Below are positions 23,196 to 36,272 of a stretch of DNA of 64,000 nt, one piece after another. Each line of letters opens with the position of its first letter. Position 1 is the first letter of the stretch. Below the pieces are notes generated by a model that was given only the letters and a program-made list of their open reading frames with translations, was not told the origin of the DNA and made no database searches. Source of the stretch: Takakia lepidozioides (taxonomy: Eukaryota; Plantae; Bryophyta); the NCBI GenBank assembly GCA_030704615.1, contig CM060732.1:6510001-6574000 (forward strand), in the 5' to 3' direction. The position numbers and the translations under genes were made by a program.

Positions 23196-24836
23196 CAAAT
23201 TCACCTCTAGGGTCCCCTCCCCTCTCCCACCCACCCACCCACCCACCCACCCTCCCTCATAGTGGGCCCAAAAATAAGTGTGGAGAGGGCACACATGGCA
23301 TTGACACCACTTGACGTTTGGATAACACTTGCCCGTTCCGTCCACGCTTTCAAATGTTTTGGAACTCTCCGGAACACCATCACTGTATCACAACATCCAA
23401 AGTCACAGCGCAATCTGATTGTCTGAGATTACCTTTTTTTGATGTGAGCATAACGATCCCAACAATGGATCGGTCTGGACATCGCTCCAAGACAAGAGTG
23501 CGCCATGCATGGTTCTGGACGGATCGCTCCACGGTGGTGGCTTAGTGCGGGGCTCCTCACGCACTAGGACGGACGGACACCTCCTGTGAATCTGCCTTCT
23601 TCCTATAATTAGGTTTTGAGGGTCAAGGAAGTACGTTTTGATGATTCAGGCGATTTCGTGATAGCAAGGTGCTCCCCCTTCTTATGAGGGGGCCATCGTT
23701 CTATCCCATTAGACGTGCTGGAGAGCAAGTGAGACAGGAAGTGAGAGGACCAGTGATTCCTTGGAGGTCAGCCTTTGTCTGTGCACACAAATGGACTTGT
23801 GCAGGGTAGAGCATGATACCCTAAGCATGATGTACCCAGAGCTGGCGATGATCCCCTGACTGTCTATGCAACTCAATGTTCCTGCTACTTGACATGTGAG
23901 CAGTCCAGTCCCTTGATATAGTGACCACACGACCTGCTGTAGGTGGTGCAAAGTTCTAATTGATACCTTCTGTCTGGAGTTTCTATACATGTGTGCTGAG
24001 CCTCCTTGTCTCAGTTGGAATGAAGTCCAACCCACAACAAAACATAACGGAAGGGAACGAGGGTTATTGTTAATAGATTTTGATGGATACTTTCGATGCC
24101 TGGTATCGTGCATTTGGTTTCTGCATGCACTTGCTCGAGGCAGGATTTCACATCACACTCTGCTGTGCAGCTTGATGCTATGGCAGTGAAATTGAGTATA
24201 TTCACTGTTTCTCGGATGTTGGCTGCTTGCGAGTCTGTTCTTAACATATCTGTGAGGCATTAATTGCTTCGCTTGAAGTCTATTTTCTGAAAGAATTCAT
24301 GTACTGCTGCTGCGCACCTCCTATTGTCCCAAATCCTCGAAGCTCCCAAAACGTTCCAGTGATTTCCTTTATGGAACTTCACTACAGATCTTTTGCTGAA
24401 TCCGCTTGGAATTGCCTTGTATTGAGTTGGGCGTGGCTGCATACGATGCATAAGAATGAGCAAGCATGGGAAAGAGGTTGCCCTTCCACCAAAATTGCAG
24501 GTCTGGATGGTTTGCTTGTGCAACAGTCATATCGCCCAACTCAAACGAGTATCCTGTAGAAACAACTTAGTATGGATGTAAAAGACTTTCCAATTTTGGA
24601 GGGGACTCATCTCTGATTATAGGAAGAGTGATTTCAAGTACAAATTTAATAAGTCACTATGGCCAGTGACCCATCACAAACGAAGCTGAGTAAGCATTAC
24701 CAGTACATCTTGAATGAGTATCTAGCAAACATACACCCACTGGGGTGCGTGTCATTACAAATTCCCGCATTCCACGCAGCCAACATCCTGGTCTTAGTAT
24801 ATATTCTAGGTTATTGTAGATGTCATCTAAACTCAG

Positions 24837-27800
24837 TCACATTCGCTTGCTGATTCGGATGGGATAACCACCTTTGGGAGGAGTAAGAGCCCAGTGCTGG
24901 TGGCCTGGATTAGGTCCAATTCTGTCCCACCTACATACCATTTCACGCCACTCAGTTAGTACATATAGCAAAACCCTCCGTCCTTTGGGATAAGGGCATA
25001 GCACCAGACTGAAGCAGTCATATGTACTTCCATACCTTTGGCGATCTGGTCAAGATCTGTTATGTATCGATTCATGTACATTGTTGCACCCTTTTGTCAG
25101 CATCTCACAATGATCTTCGAGCTGGGTCTCTGCTCCATCCACATTGTGGTTTCACACTCATTTTTTCTCCACAATTTTGACCTCAATGTTGTCCTGACCA
25201 CACAGCTAAGTCTGACTCTCTCCACATCCAAGATACGCAGTTTCAGTTAGCGGAATCTCTCTGAAACGTACATGCCATGTGTTGGACGTACCTGTATTCA
25301 GTAACCAGGTAATGGAGGAAAACCAAGACCTCTGTCTTAGAAAGCTCTCCACCAGGGCATTTGTGTGCTCCATGGCCAAATGGAAAAAATGTGTTGGGTT
25401 TTGGGGGCACCTGCCAATACATCCCAGACCTTAATCCGTTAAAGAGCCACAAATGACTTATGGAACATGACTGACCTCCAAGAAGGTTCACGGAAGAGTG
25501 CATGGTCTGCAATACCTCAAATCGGGACGGATCAAACTTCCAAGGTTCCGGAAAGTATTCTGGATTCCGATGAAGAGGGGCCACTGACGCCCAGACTTGC
25601 CATCCCTTTGGAATGAAACACCCTGCAAACACCAGCGCCTTTCATGTTTCAGACATGAAGTTGCCAAGCACAAGTTGTGGACCTTTCTTCCATATCCCTC
25701 TGCAGGGCATTTCACAGCATACAAACTAGGTACCCTGGTCTGCTCAGCAGTACATTGCACTTACCTAGAAGGGGCAAAACATGCGAATGTAAGGTCTGGT
25801 GTCATGATATCAGAACTACATGCAGCCAAATTCCATGTACTGAAATTGAACTCCAGACCAAGTGAACAGGGACTACCATTCAACTCCACATCTTGGGCCG
25901 CCGTTCGAGGGATAAATGGAACCATTGATGCACACCTAAGACCCTCCAGAAAGACCTGCATTCATGAGGCTCTTTAGGTTTTAGCAAACAAAGGCAGAAA
26001 GTGTTGAAGATGTTAGTACTCTTTCTAGATCATTCAGATGAAATTTCACATTCTTCAGATGTTACTCTCTTTGAGACGAATTGAACACATTGACATGGAC
26101 CTTGCTTGACTCCTCCTGTTTCACCCTCTTGAGGTCCAAGCTCCAAAGCTAATGTGCAGGAACCGGTCACATAGTGCACATGGCATGTTGGCTTGAGCAC
26201 TGGGCTGACTCAGCCGTTAGCTCCCTGCCAATGGGGCCCTAAGCGTCAAGCCCACGTGACTACATAATAGAGAAGTGCAGGACTGAGTGGCAATACGTAC
26301 ACGGTTAGTAAGCGGCATGTTGTTCTTTATGTCCGACGGCGTCAACACATAATCCTCTGCTTTCCTCAGGCTCATCTGCTCTGCCTGCTCAGATTTTATG
26401 GGTTGGAGAAAGTTCCACATATGAGCGATGAATGGATCGAAGAGTATACTAATTTATGCATCTGTCATTCCAAGTGTCTTACAAGCTTTAGTTCAATAGT
26501 GATTACATAGTGATTTCAAGCAAGCAGATAGCAACTGACTGAGGTGAGAAGTGCCATAGCATCCTGGAGTTCAAATGACACAGGGTTTGATGAAGTTTGG
26601 CTTGAAAGAGAGGCAAAAGAGGGAGCAAACACGAGATCCACAACAGGCCGTTGCTATAGCATCAACCGAGTTTCTCTTCTCATGCACAGAACCCATGGTA
26701 AACTTCTCAGGGAATTGGACAGCAAAGGCCCCGACTATTTCATGTGCACTGAGATCAAAGAACTTGAGATACATAAGAAAAAACTGGTTCTATTTTGGCA
26801 CGTAGGTTTCCAATATGTTGTCTCCAGTAGAACATGCAGCATAACTTGGGCATTTCAGCTGGTTACAGTCACTTACCCTCACAGCTTCGAATATGGCAGG
26901 ATTCTCACCAAGAAACTTCATAATCCACGGAATCAGAGCGGAAGTGGTCTCAAACCCAGCAAAGAACACAGTAATGATGACGAGGCACATCTGCCGGGGT
27001 GTGAAGTTTGAGCCACTCTCAAGTTTATACTCCATTAAAGCTCCGAGAAGATCATCGTAATTTTTTCCTTCTTGTCTTCTCTGCACCATGTAGCTTTCCA
27101 TTTTTTCACAAATCTTCTCTTTGGCCTGGTACAAGTAAGAAAAAGTTATGAAAGTTAACCTCAGAGGACAGCCTGAGAATAACTTAAAAGTCTAGCTTGA
27201 AATAAATGTACTCGTGACATTTTCTGACTTAACTTGAAATAGAGACAGTCCAGATGATATCAATCTTGAACCAGGCGCCGTTTCAGGAGAATATTAGAAC
27301 TGCATTTCAGACATATACTTACCACCAGTGCCTTGCGAAGCCTGGAGAAGGGAACGTTCCAGGGCCAAGCAGTGAACCCCTTCCCATTCTCGGTGGCTAG
27401 TCTTCCCATCTCCTTGGCTTCTGCAGAGTCCACTTCCAGGTGTTTGCACACGAAGTGAAGATCGACAGAGAAGGTAAACTGCACAGTAAAATCAAATTTT
27501 AGAACTAGTCTCCTCTGTGAAGACCATTTGACTGTTTCGAATCTGCACCAATATCCACGTAAAAAATGAGCCTCAAATGCAATTCTAATCAGATGATTGT
27601 TGTTTCTTTCCTGATAGAATGCTGTCCATCTTATCTTTGAAGAATCCAGGTCCAGATCTATTGTACGAATCTAGAATGGAGGCTTATGCTTATTCATTCT
27701 GACTGTTCAGAATGATTTAATCATGGGACACTTACTACAGGACATTCTTTCACTTTGAAGAGAGAGGGAGAGACAGAGAGTGAGTGTACATGTATTGCGG

Positions 27801-29300
27801 TTCACTGACCCACAATCGGACTGTTTCCCGCTATGCATGTTTCCGACGTACAAATGGTTCGGCCCTGGATACCTTCGAGATGAGTTAACCGCCATAAATG
27901 CAGGAAGTTAGGAAGTGTAGGTACCTTCTCAACTTCTTTGTGGGTATTGACACACTTCCTTTCTGCCCATGAGCACAACATCGACCGCGCCAGACCGTCA
28001 ATGAATGGAACGCAGTCCCGAAGGAATGGTACCAGTGTACTACCAACAACGCTTCTTGCCGGGGAATGAAGATGAGTGTTGAAGAGACCTTCATCTGTGG
28101 CCTCAGCCATAGCTCCTAGCCGAATTTGAGGAAAGACATCCCCCGACGTTAGCACCCGTTTAATTCCATCTGCCGAGCTTACACAGACTGTATTTTTACC
28201 AAAATTGTTGGTCGAGAAGCAGTCGCCGTACCTACATTAACCATCAAAGGCCATCAGACGACAGACAGAGAAAACGGACTGAACGAAGTAGAACATGTAG
28301 TGAGAAACATCTACGAAAGAAACCATTGCGGGCACAGAAAGCACGGACGGCCTATGGAACAACGCGAGAAGAAAGTCCGCGGAAAGCTCAAAGAACTTCT
28401 GTACATGAGAAAGCATAAAACAACAAAGAGAATGGGGGCCCCAACAAGCAGCCCAATACCAAAAACTATTTACGAAGGGATTGTGTTCGTCATGTAACGC
28501 CTCATGCAGACATGCTGCGCATTTCTGATCCTCGTAGTGGAACACAACGGAATAAACTCATCATAGTAGAAAGGATAGTGAAATCTTGAAGAAATGATAT
28601 CAGTTTCAATCTCCCTCCTGTCATCTCTGGGCAAGCTTGGCTATATAAGGTCCAGGTTGTCCCACCGACTGAGGAGCCCTTGCTAGATAAGTATTTGGGC
28701 TGCACATGAAATTCTATCGTCGCTGAGAATGTGCGCATGGCATAAAAGTGGGAGCAACGGTGGCAATCGAGTCGCCCTGGTACCAGGATAAAGTGGCCCA
28801 TATGATGTCCTGAGGTACCGAGGCTATCCTGTGTAGTCTGTCAAGAAGGGGGCTCGAGGGACTCAAGGAAAGAAAGAATCTCTAAAACGTAGAGAAAGAG
28901 CGATAATTAAATTTCTTGGGCACTCCTTCAACGGTAGACAATACCTTATACAACTTCCAGGCTGATCAACATCATTGAAAGACATCGTAATCCGAGCATT
29001 ATCCCGCCTCAAACACAGCAAGATTTATGAGAAATATATATATGATGCTGCACAGCACATGTAGCATAAACCAGTATTGAGTGAAGGAGGGAGCTTGAAG
29101 CACCTAGCATGGTGACCGAGTGCAAAGTTGATAGGTGAATAGAAGAGCTTGAGGGTTTCCCCGATTATGGGCAGGAACTGCAACCAATTTCCCTTAGGAG
29201 TTCGTTTGGGCCTTCTTGCAGCCTGCACAACGCCTGCCACTAGCAGCGCAGCGATGAGCCCCACCACCCAAGTCCACAACTGCAGCGCAACTTCCCCCAT
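24837..29300 (-). CDS. Cytochrome P450, CYP85 clan, CYP707A-like C-terminus; 9 exons, 463 aa
   Basis: Exons 29300-29104, 28231-27925, 27478-27323, 27125-26877, 26384-26301, 25955-25877, 25622-25516, 25410-25292 and 24930-24837, all with GT-AG introns; sum 1392 nt, in frame to TGA. N-terminal membrane anchor, LPIIGET, I-helix AGFETT, EGLR (ExxR), FDPSRFE, heme motif FGHGAHKCPG. Confidence 0.95.
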
Positions 29301-29580
29301 CGCTGAGTGCCAGCTCCAGATCTCTCCCTCTCTGCCCACCCTCACAATGTCAGAGTCTTGAAGTTTCTATCTACAGTCCGAGAACTCCAAATCTCTCTCT
29401 CTCACCCCCACCCGATCACAATATCAGAGTTTGTTGTCCGTACAAAAACTCTGTGGTGCCGGTCGTGTCTCTCCCGTCGTCTCTGACTACAGCCAACTTT
29501 TTCCTGATAAGCTTTGTATCGCCGGCTCTAATCAGCGTTTCTTGTATACTATTTGCATTGTCGCCCGAGTGGCATCTATG

Positions 29581-29622
29581 GGAACCTATTTATTAGAAAG
29601 TGGAACCTATTTATTAGAAAGT
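29581..29622 (+). repeat. 21-bp tandem duplication upstream of the P450
   Basis: GGAACCTATTTATTAGAAAGT occurs twice in tandem. Confidence 0.9.
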
Positions 29623-30699
29623 GGAGCAGTGACTACCGTCCCTGGACAACCGCAAAGGCATTTTTGCGCCTAATAATAAATTCAATAAATCAGCAAATTA
29701 GGCACGTTTTGAAAACCATTTCTCACAATATGTAGAGCAGTTTCATTCGGCCCGCAATGTATTAAGGCCACTTGTATTATTTAATGAAATGAAGGGTCCA
29801 AAAATTAAGGAGTGACTTTCTAGCGTGGGCTTTCTAGATAGTTCTAGTTCTAGCTGATTTTTTAGATAGTTCTAGTTCTAGTTCTAGTTGACTTTATGCA
29901 TAGTTCCAGTTTCTAGATACTTTTACTAATATGTCGGTCCGGTGAGAAGCAACCCACTAGTTGCTTGTGTCTTCAACATGCTGGCACATGCACTAGTAGC
30001 GTGTCTCACTACTGGTTTGAGAGCCAGAGCCAACGTGAGTAGTTGTTTGCTATGTTGGGGGTCGGGCTAGGTATAGCAGGTACGATCAAAGCGGATGCAA
30101 GAGGGAAAGACAAGGTGGCGGAGGCTGCAAGAGGGAAAAACAAGGCGGCGGAGGGTGCAGAGAAGATCATAGAGGCAAGTGTTACTATCGGTCCCCTTTA
30201 TTCCACTTGATTTAGCGACACTCACCATGCATTTTAGTGACTGGTGGTTTCCTGTATTGCAACATGCAGTAGGTTGACTCTCGGTTCTCATTTCTGCAAC
30301 TCTTGCGTTACCCATTTTCTTAAGAATAAAATTACAAAATAGACACCCAATGCCCATGGGCCCTTCCAGGCTCCAACTACCTTTCATTTCCTTTGAAACC
30401 CTAATATGATGACATTGTGGAGTCCATGCAAGGGCCTTTCGAAGTTACATGGAGCTCTCGCAAATAGATTGCGATTTGTAGGAAGTTATTTCCGCACGCA
30501 TATATTTGTATTGAATTTTGTTCAATGAAATTTTGATCTTATTACAAACAACATGAGAAGAGCTTGCAAGTTTTTTGCTGGAATATTTGGGCATTAGGCA
30601 CTTTGGTCCCATAGTTTCCGAACAATTAGGCCAAAATCTGAAAAATTCACAGAATTGGTTAGGCACTTTCATTTTGAATTAATTATCGCCGTAATTATC

Positions 30700-32600
30700 G
30701 CCTACACGGTTGTCGAGGGATGGTATGCAAGTGTGGCTATGGTAGAAAATGCAGATTCGAAATAAGTGGCGATTGTAGGAGATGTTGAATGAGTGTTAGG
30801 CGAATGAATCCAAAACATCGTAGAGGCGGTAAGGCAAATAATCTAAAATTGACATAGCATGGTAAAGGCTACCAATATGGAAACCAAATAGACAAACAAA
30901 ATAGCCGGCCTGATCCATTGTTGGCTGATCCACACCCTCCCTCAATGTACATGTGGATGTGGCGATCCCTGGACCCTTATAGGTGCTGAGCGGAATCTGG
31001 CCCCTCCCTTCTAACTCTAGGATGGCGACAAGTGGCTCCCTCTTGCTGATCCTTTGGCGAAAGATGGGCCGAACACCCATCTGTTTTTCAACCTTATTTT
31101 CCTCATTCGCCAGGGCCCGTTCAAAGTCGCAATTTGGCGATAAATCGCCAATAAAAGAATGGCTGGCTCTAATATGCGTTAGTCCTCCATCAGAGCCCCC
31201 ACCCGGTGATCCACCGGGTAGAAGCTCTGATCGCAGGCGCCAGAGCTTGGTGTACATGGAAACGTCCCAACTCCACCAAGGTCCAAGAGTGATTGTCCGC
31301 ACTGCTCTGACCCCATCTTCCAGTCTTTTTTGCTCCCATGCGCTGCATGCCGGGGACTCACACTTAATGCTGCCTCTCCATATCACTCTACCCAATGTGG
31401 TATGCAAACTTGTGTTGTGAGACGAGACATCAAGTATGAGTTTGAGGTTGCCTTTGTTATTCCATCAATTCTTTTCATTCCACCATTTCATTCATTGGGA
31501 TCTGGCGATGATATCGCTTTCTAAAAGTAGGTGTTGAGAGTCATAAGTGGATATCAGGAAGTACGTTCAGGCATAAGAGAATTCGCTAATTTCCTGGAAA
31601 GACCTCAACGGCATATCAGATTGCCCTCCATTTCCAGGGCTCACAAACAAGAATGCAACCAGAAGAAAGAAAGAAGGAAACGTTAATGCCGGACAGATCG
31701 CTCATCTGGACCCGAAGAACAAGTCTGGAGACTTAGCAAAAAAAGATGAGACAACAAGTATGTAGTCCCCAGGCCATGGAGGAAGATATTGAGAAGTGCG
31801 TAGATAAATGTTCCTACACCGTACTTTGAACCGGATTTTCGAAGCACAGCCTCTATGTAACCTTCTTGACAACCTCACTCGTGGGAGTATGCTTTGAGCT
31901 TCCCTTCTTAAGAGCTTAGAGTAGCCTTCTCCGAATACCTTGAGGCTGTATGTCAAAATTGTATCATTTGCAAACTGCTGGTGTGACCGCATACCCTTGC
32001 CGCAATATGTTTGACTTCAGTGTTCGCTGGCGCCTCAATTACAGGCACAATGCATTGGAGTAGGAGTTTGAAGTGTCATCTAGACCCTCGCATGCCATTA
32101 TAGCGCAAGATGAGCATTGACAACCTTTCCACCGCCGATCAGTCAGGTGGGACTCCTAGTTTCAAAATCTCATGCACGAGAAATTCAAGGAAAAGAGTGA
32201 GGAGAGGAGCACCAGAGCGGTTGGGCTTGCCTAAGTTGGGTTCATTTTCTCTCCTTCTCTAAAGCATTGCCCTCTAGAAGTGGTGAAGGAAGACAAGCTC
32301 TGTTTATCCCCTGCAAGGACCCCAAAAGTCCATGGATTTTCTTTGCCTTTGCGGGTGGCCATTCAGTCCACCTTCCTTCCTTGTTCTTTGTCATCAGGGC
32401 TCTTAAAAAGTGGCCGGGATGGAGAGACGTTGCTACCATGAAATCGTATTGTATGTCATTAGTCCATAGCATCATTTGAAAGTCTTGATGATGAGAGCGA
32501 TGTGTTACTTCATACGTGTGTCCGGTTTAGGGTTTCGGGAATCCCGACAATATATCTCTATAAAATCTTCAATGCTCTCACGAAAATCTCACACAAACAA
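30700..32600 (-). mobile_element. Heavily degraded LINE ORF2 (RT region) fragment
   Basis: SHQQFANDTIL (~31960) resembles the RT FADD motif; surrounding frames are fragmentary. Boundaries are approximate. Confidence 0.45.
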
Positions 32601-34432
32601 GATGAAGGATGAATTCGTGGCAAGATCTTCATTCATAACAGAAGTGTCTAGTGTAGCTACAGACAAAACCCACAGATCTGCTTCCAAAGAGACAGCTCAA
32701 TTGTGATTGCGTCTGCCAGCGTGAATGGTTACACTGGTGGGACCTGAAAGAGATAATCAATAACTAGACAGTACTGCACCCAATGTCAGCTCCTCCTTAT
32801 AGATATTACATCAAAAGTTGGTATTGGCCGGCTTGTCATACCAACTAATCAAAGATCTCGAAATCAAAGAAGTAATGAAGGGAGGGCTTGAATAAATGCA
32901 ACTCGTAAGTACCTCAAGAGTCAAATTGTAATGAAAATGATGTCCGAGCATGTGACCAGTAAGAACTCAGACTATCCCCATGGGGGGAAAAGAATGAATA
33001 TGGTGAGACGTGCGAACGAAGACTGTGATTGAACCGAGGACAAAACCACAATCTGCCATTCCCCACGGCGCACATTAGAAAAGGCCCTGGAGTTTATAGT
33101 TGTTCTGTTTTAGATCATGAACAAATGCAAATCTTAGATGCTGGATCACATTGAAACCTACATAGTTTTAGTTTTACTCAGGGTTACCTTCCAAGGTCTT
33201 AAGCTCTCCTGGTGCTTGGCATTGTCCAGCCCTGTAGATGCAAGGACAGAAGAATTGAAGGGAGTTCCAGAGACCTTTCATAAACAAATGGTAGTACAAA
33301 TGGTAGTGGAGACACTCTCAATAAGCCATGCCCACGTCTTCAGGACAAGAAATTAGCTCCTGGTGGCACTGTGCTGTAGAGCTCTCTCTCACTTCTCTAG
33401 AATCCTAAATTGGTATGGATGATTCATCATGTTAATGCAGAACTTGGAAAACACTCTTGAGTGAATCATGAAGACTGAACCACAACGGCTGGTCTTTGTT
33501 TGTAGGCAGCTTCAACAATGGTAATGGAGTGCCACAATGTGGTCCAGGTCAGAGCTCTCACAAGAGTACTCCACTTGCAATGCAGCCAACCCCATAGACA
33601 CATACATCAGCCCTCCCACTTCTGTGACTCTGCCTGTTGGCTGCAGCTTTTTCATCTGTGGACTACCAGGCCACAGCTCTTCAGGTGTGAAGTTTGAAGT
33701 GAGCCTGGACTTAGGAATTGCAATCTTTATGGATGCTCTAGATAATTTTAGTGCAGTGAACTCTGCAGGCGAGTCAATCATGCATTGGGCTGATAAGATC
33801 GCAAGGCCTCTTTTAGAGATACGCCAAGTAGCTGAAGCTGTTCTTGACACCTGATCTGTCAGGACTGTAGCACATGCACATGACTCGGGATTGAAAACTT
33901 GTATGTGCATTTAGAACACAAGCCTCACTACAGTTAAATTGCAAGGTTCTCTTTTATCAATGCTAGGCTATTGATGGCGCTGTGCAAGTGGATTACATCA
34001 AGAGCTAGTCCAGACCATCTAAGTAGGCCATGACACGGCAACTCCTGGCTTCTGTTTACATTCCTCAATGTTGCAACTTCTATCCCCAAGGACATTTGAC
34101 TTATACAAGCAAGGGGAACTTGCACTGAATCCCCAAGTAGTTTGAGGACTCAACCCGACATGACACTGAGAGGGATGGCATAAGCCAGTGTTCACAAGAC
34201 AGTACTTACGCTCATCCTTACTGATGTAGTGACGTAGTAGTCACACTCGTCTACATGACACTGAATAGCACTGTGTATGTAATTTCGCCACAACGCCAAC
34301 ACTTGGAATGTGTCGTCCAAGTACTGAAGACTTGAACTAAATGGTAGTAGCTCCCCCTTTGAAGTCTGGAGGTCCTCAATTAGGTCCACGGGCAGTTGCT
34401 GAGCATCGTCCCTTTCCTCAGAATGTGAAGAT

Positions 34433-34568
34433 TGACTTCTCCATACCACAATCCATCAAGATTGATGCAAGTGTAAATGACTGCTCTGCAGCCTCCATAC
34501 TGACTTCTCCATACCACAATCCATCAAGATTGATGCAAGTGTAAATGATTGCTCTGCAGCCTCCATAC
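34433..34568. repeat. 68-bp tandem duplication
   Basis: TGACTTCTCCATACCACAATCCATCAAG...GCCTCCATAC at 34433-34500 and 34501-34568, one mismatch. Confidence 0.95.
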
Positions 34569-35687
34569 TGCGTGAAATGCTTAAACCTAAAAGTGTCTGC
34601 AAACTGGCTAGTTACTAAAACATGAAGAGCTTTCAGCATGCAAGAAATGGAGTATAAAAACTAGGACAACTTCTCGACAGCATAAACTGCAGCACAAACT
34701 GCCTGTAACACTTGAACAAGGGGTTACTCGGATTGTATATGGCACATCAAATACGAAACCACGTTGGACATCGATGCATGGTAATAAAAGGTATTTGGGA
34801 ACTGAAGCAATCTTCAACTGGAAACTCCTGAAACAATGGGGCCAGTGACATCTGGAACAGTAGTAATTCAGCTCCAGTCCATAGAATATACCTGCCCAAG
34901 AGCCTCTCAATGGAAACCGCCAAGAAAGATCCTCAACGATTAATGAGTCTCGCATATGTACAGGGAAGTTATCGGACGTGTCAATGCGACATTCCCAACA
35001 AACTGGAACTACATGTACAGTATTATATATACAGTAAACAGTTACCTAGGCCTGATCACCCTGATTTAAGTACTTAGTGAACTGGTGGACCACTAGATGA
35101 GGAGGTGCAAATTCCTCTGTATCCTGTCTGGAATGCTTTTTGGCAGCTGACAGCAGCAGGCACTGCAGAGCTCTGCTTTGCGTTGGAAAGTCAGTCAATT
35201 CCTCCATCACTGACCCCAACTCCGCAACCTGTATAGTCTCTGTGTCTGGTCTCAGCTTCTGATACGGATCTTCGAGGTGCACACTGCACACTATGTACCT
35301 GCCACTCCTTGTGCATAGATAATAGACTTATCATTTCAGGAACTCCACAACGGCGTGCCAATTAGAAGAGCTGCCTTGTGCAGAAATGTGGCCCTGATTG
35401 TGCAAGAGTTAAGTACTCACATTTCAACGGGAGTGGCTACAAGTGCTGATAGGCTTTGACGTGTACAAGTCTTCAGAGCCCGTTCTTGGCAGTTGGCTGT
35501 GGAATGGAACTTTAGGCCCATCGAAGTCTGTTAAGCGTCAAACCTTAGAATACTTGGAACGTCAATCACTTTTCAAACTTTCTTCAAACCACTCTATTGA
35601 GTGTCCCATGGAGAGCCTCTTAAGAAGTAAGGACGTCACGGTCGGGACGATGCTGACTTCAACGTTCGGCTGCAACAGGGCAAGCCT

Positions 35688-36272
35688 TCAAATTCTTCGA
35701 AGGAATGCAATTTGTCTCATAGGCGAATCCGGGGGGACCTTGAAGTGGTCTTCCATGCTTGACTCGTCGAAAATCCTGTGATGATGGTGATGATGATGGA
35801 AGTGGTGATGATGCTGATGAAGATGGCGGTGGAGTTCACACAGGGGTGAATGTGAAATAAGTTGCAAGGCTTTAGAGACTTTCCAGAAGCTCCAACTACT
35901 AACTTTGCCTTGCTTGTATTTTTCGCAGCTGCAGGCCACTGCCTCATACTTCAAATCCTCCCTTCTGGCCACCGCCACAGACTTGACATCCTCCCTAGTG
36001 GCCACTGCGTCCTCCGACCGGCATAGTGACCCACGTTGCAACAGCAACCGCAGACTAGACTTGAATACCTTGTCTTCCTTGGGTGGACGGATCTGTTCAT
36101 GGTAGGAAACCGACTTCCGAACAGGTGGTCCTTTGACTGCTTCGTCAAGCTGCTTGGAAAACGACACAAGCTCGTAGGAATCAAAGAGCGTGCTCCCACA
36201 ATCCCAGTGGGGGTCAGCACGCACCATCGCAATCGACTCTTCTGCCTTGCTCACATTTTTCTGGGCTTCCAC
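35688..36272 (-). CDS. Uncharacterised plant protein with WDCGS-x-L-F-DSYEL motif and poly-His tract (main coding exon)
   Basis: HWDCGSTLFDSYELVSFSKQLD is a recognisable plant small-protein motif. Splice acceptor TTTAG just before 36272; the first ATG is ~36227. A (GA)n tract at ~37797-37824 may mark the 5' UTR. Confidence 0.72.
   Translation of the reverse strand: MEAQKNVSKAEESIAMVRADPHWDCGSTLFDSYELVSFSKQLDEAVKGPPVRKSVSYHEQIRPPKEDKVFKSSLRLLLQRGSLCRSEDAVATREDVKSVAVARREDLKYEAVACSCEKYKQGKVSSWSFWKVSKALQLISHSPLCELHRHLHQHHHHFHHHHHHHRIFDESSMEDHFKVPPDSPMRQIAFLRRI

Noticed and set aside
28500-28900. LINE remnant in P450 intron 1
   Set aside because: Only faint Trp-rich similarity; not supportable by eye.
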